Shown here: piece by piece, positions 25,011 through 26,348 of the stretch
Layout of the letters: each line of letters opens with the position of its first letter
Position numbering within the stretch: the first letter of the stretch is position 1
IMG/VR virus record: IMGVR_UViG_3300003431_000008
Span: 1 to 26,348 of that record
Strand: one strand, 5' to 3'
Origin: a virus
Taxonomy: Duplodnaviria > Caudoviricetes
DNA: 26,348 nt
Notes under the pieces: generated by a model
The model's database searches: none
The model's input: only the letters and a program-made list of their open reading frames with translations
Told to the model about the DNA's origin: nothing
Made by a program: the position numbers and the translations under genes

Positions 25011-25319
25011 ATGTGGATATTTAATTTAACAGCGCCTTACCAATTCAAATGTATTCCTCGCAATTATAACGAGGGCGAAATTACCTTTTTAATGAGGGAC
25101 GAATTGAGAGATATAACTTATAACATAGTCCCTTTGACTATAAATTATGTAAATAATATCTTAATTTTTCAATTCGGAGAGCCGGAACTAAAAGAGGGGC
25201 AAAGTTTTGAGATTACAATTAATGAGGACGACGTTTTGATATATAGAGGCAAGGCTTTTGCAACTGCTCAAACCGACCTCGAAAATTTTGAACTCAACAA
25301 AGGAGTTCTAAAAGTATAA
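25011..25319 (+). CDS. hypothetical virion protein (102 aa; start revised from 24918)
   Basis: MWIFNLTAPYQFKCIPR...LKEGQSF...IYRGKAFAT.Q; the longer track ORF runs through a terminator and promoter. Confidence 0.7.
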   Translation: MWIFNLTAPYQFKCIPRNYNEGEITFLMRDELRDITYNIVPLTINYVNNILIFQFGEPELKEGQSFEITINEDDVLIYRGKAFATAQTDLENFELNKGVLKV

Positions 25320-25323
25320 ATTT

Positions 25324-26348
25324 ATGGAGAAATTACAAATTATAAACCTATCAAATTACATTCGCCCTGAGATTAAAGAGGTAAGCGGTAAAAAGTGGGT
25401 ATTAAATGGAGATAAAAATAGCTTTTATCAGGTTATTATTGACGCTTACAATGGATCACCAACTAACTCGGCGATAATTGACTCATATAGTCAATTTATT
25501 TATGGTAAGGGATTGACGTCCGATGACAAAGCAAAAAAACCAAGCGAGTGGGCTGCGATTATGTCCTTACTTTCAAAAAAAGATTTGCGTAAAATATGCA
25601 AGGATTTTGAAATGTTCGGAGAGGCATCAATTGAGGTAAAATATATCAATAATAAAATCCAAAGATGTTTTCATATTGCTAAGCAAAGGATTGCTCCGGA
25701 GGTTGCAAATGAAGAGGGAGATATTACAGGCTACTATTATAGTTATGATTTCGCAAATGTAAATAAATATAAGCCGGAACGCTTTGACGCTTTTGGTTTT
25801 GGTGACGGCTTAGGCGAACGCTCTGAAATTTACATTTTTAGAGATTATCAGGTTGGGCAATTTTATTATTCCAATCCAAGTTACGTTTCCGGAATATCTT
25901 GGGCGCGTATGGAGGAGGAAATTAGCAACTATTCAATCAATCACATTCAAAAGGGATTATCATTTGGTCATATTATAAATATGAATTGCGGAGTCCAAGA
26001 GAGTGCGGAAACTATTCAAGAGAATACTCGACAAATTCGTAACCACTTAACCGGATCACAAAACGCCGGAGCATTCTTTTTAAATTGGAACGATAACAAA
26101 GATAGCGAGATCACAATTTCGGCTTTGGAAGTATCAGACGCTCACCAGCAATATGCATATTTAAGCACTGAGGCGAGACAACAACTTTGCACGGCTCACA
26201 AATTAACGTCTCCGATGTTAGTTGGAATAAAAGAGGCGAACGGATTCAGCTCAAACGCTGAGGAAATAAAAGTTGGCTTTGCTGAATTAATGATAAATGT
26301 AATTCGTCCAAAACAGGAAATAATTTTAGACGGATTAATGGAGGTTTT
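25324..26348 (+). CDS. portal protein, truncated at window end (not in ORF track)
   Basis: Open from ATG 25324 to the end: LSNYIRPEIKE...WVLNG..N...SPTNSAII...IYGKGL...D..MFG...YY.NP.Y...LTGSQNAG...AHKLTSPMLVGI...GFSSNAEE...VIRPKQ. Confidence 0.8.
   Translation, partial: MEKLQIINLSNYIRPEIKEVSGKKWVLNGDKNSFYQVIIDAYNGSPTNSAIIDSYSQFIYGKGLTSDDKAKKPSEWAAIMSLLSKKDLRKICKDFEMFGEASIEVKYINNKIQRCFHIAKQRIAPEVANEEGDITGYYYSYDFANVNKYKPERFDAFGFGDGLGERSEIYIFRDYQVGQFYYSNPSYVSGISWARMEEEISNYSINHIQKGLSFGHIINMNCGVQESAETIQENTRQIRNHLTGSQNAGAFFLNWNDNKDSEITISALEVSDAHQQYAYLSTEARQQLCTAHKLTSPMLVGIKEANGFSSNAEEIKVGFAELMINVIRPKQEIILDGLMEV

Noticed and set aside
1-26348. CRISPR array, tRNA, integrase/att site, diversity-generating retroelement, intron or alternative genetic code
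   Set aside because: No repeat-spacer pattern, cloverleaf, recombinase or reverse transcriptase seen; core genes are uninterrupted in the standard code. This was judged by eye and the rest of the genome is outside the window

Overview
This is a 26.3-kb, AT-rich segment of a tailed dsDNA phage, siphovirus-like by its tape measure, tail tube and frameshifted tail-assembly-chaperone candidate. The host is very probably Bacteroidota (Flavobacteriia-like), given TAnnTTTG promoters and A-rich translation starts with no Shine-Dalgarno. All credible genes are on the + strand, in this order. (1) Lysis cassette: two holin-like genes, M15 endolysin, an inserted metallophosphoesterase, u-spanin. (2) Small early ORFs and an SSB-like gene. 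(3) Candidate origin. (4) Primase-helicase, PAPS-reductase-like protein, SF2 helicase. (5) Small ORFs, VRR-NUC, N6A/N4C methyltransferase. (6) Sigma-factor-like gene, terS, terL. (7) Tail chaperone with -1 frameshift, tail genes, tape measure. (8) Protease/scaffold, major capsid, tail tube, portal (truncated). I saw no integrase, repressor, DNA polymerase, tRNA or CRISPR. The most notable signals are non-coding. A fixed-spacing motif ACAAAA-N11-AGTTATA occurs four times, three of them exactly 5 nt before an ATG (candidate phage-sigma late promoter giving leaderless mRNAs). Two unrelated-sequence leaders share one architecture in which the transcript 5' end pairs with the loop of a terminator-like hairpin. 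An H-type pseudoknot resembling T-even gene 32 precedes the SSB gene. All product calls come from motif recognition by eye, not database searches.
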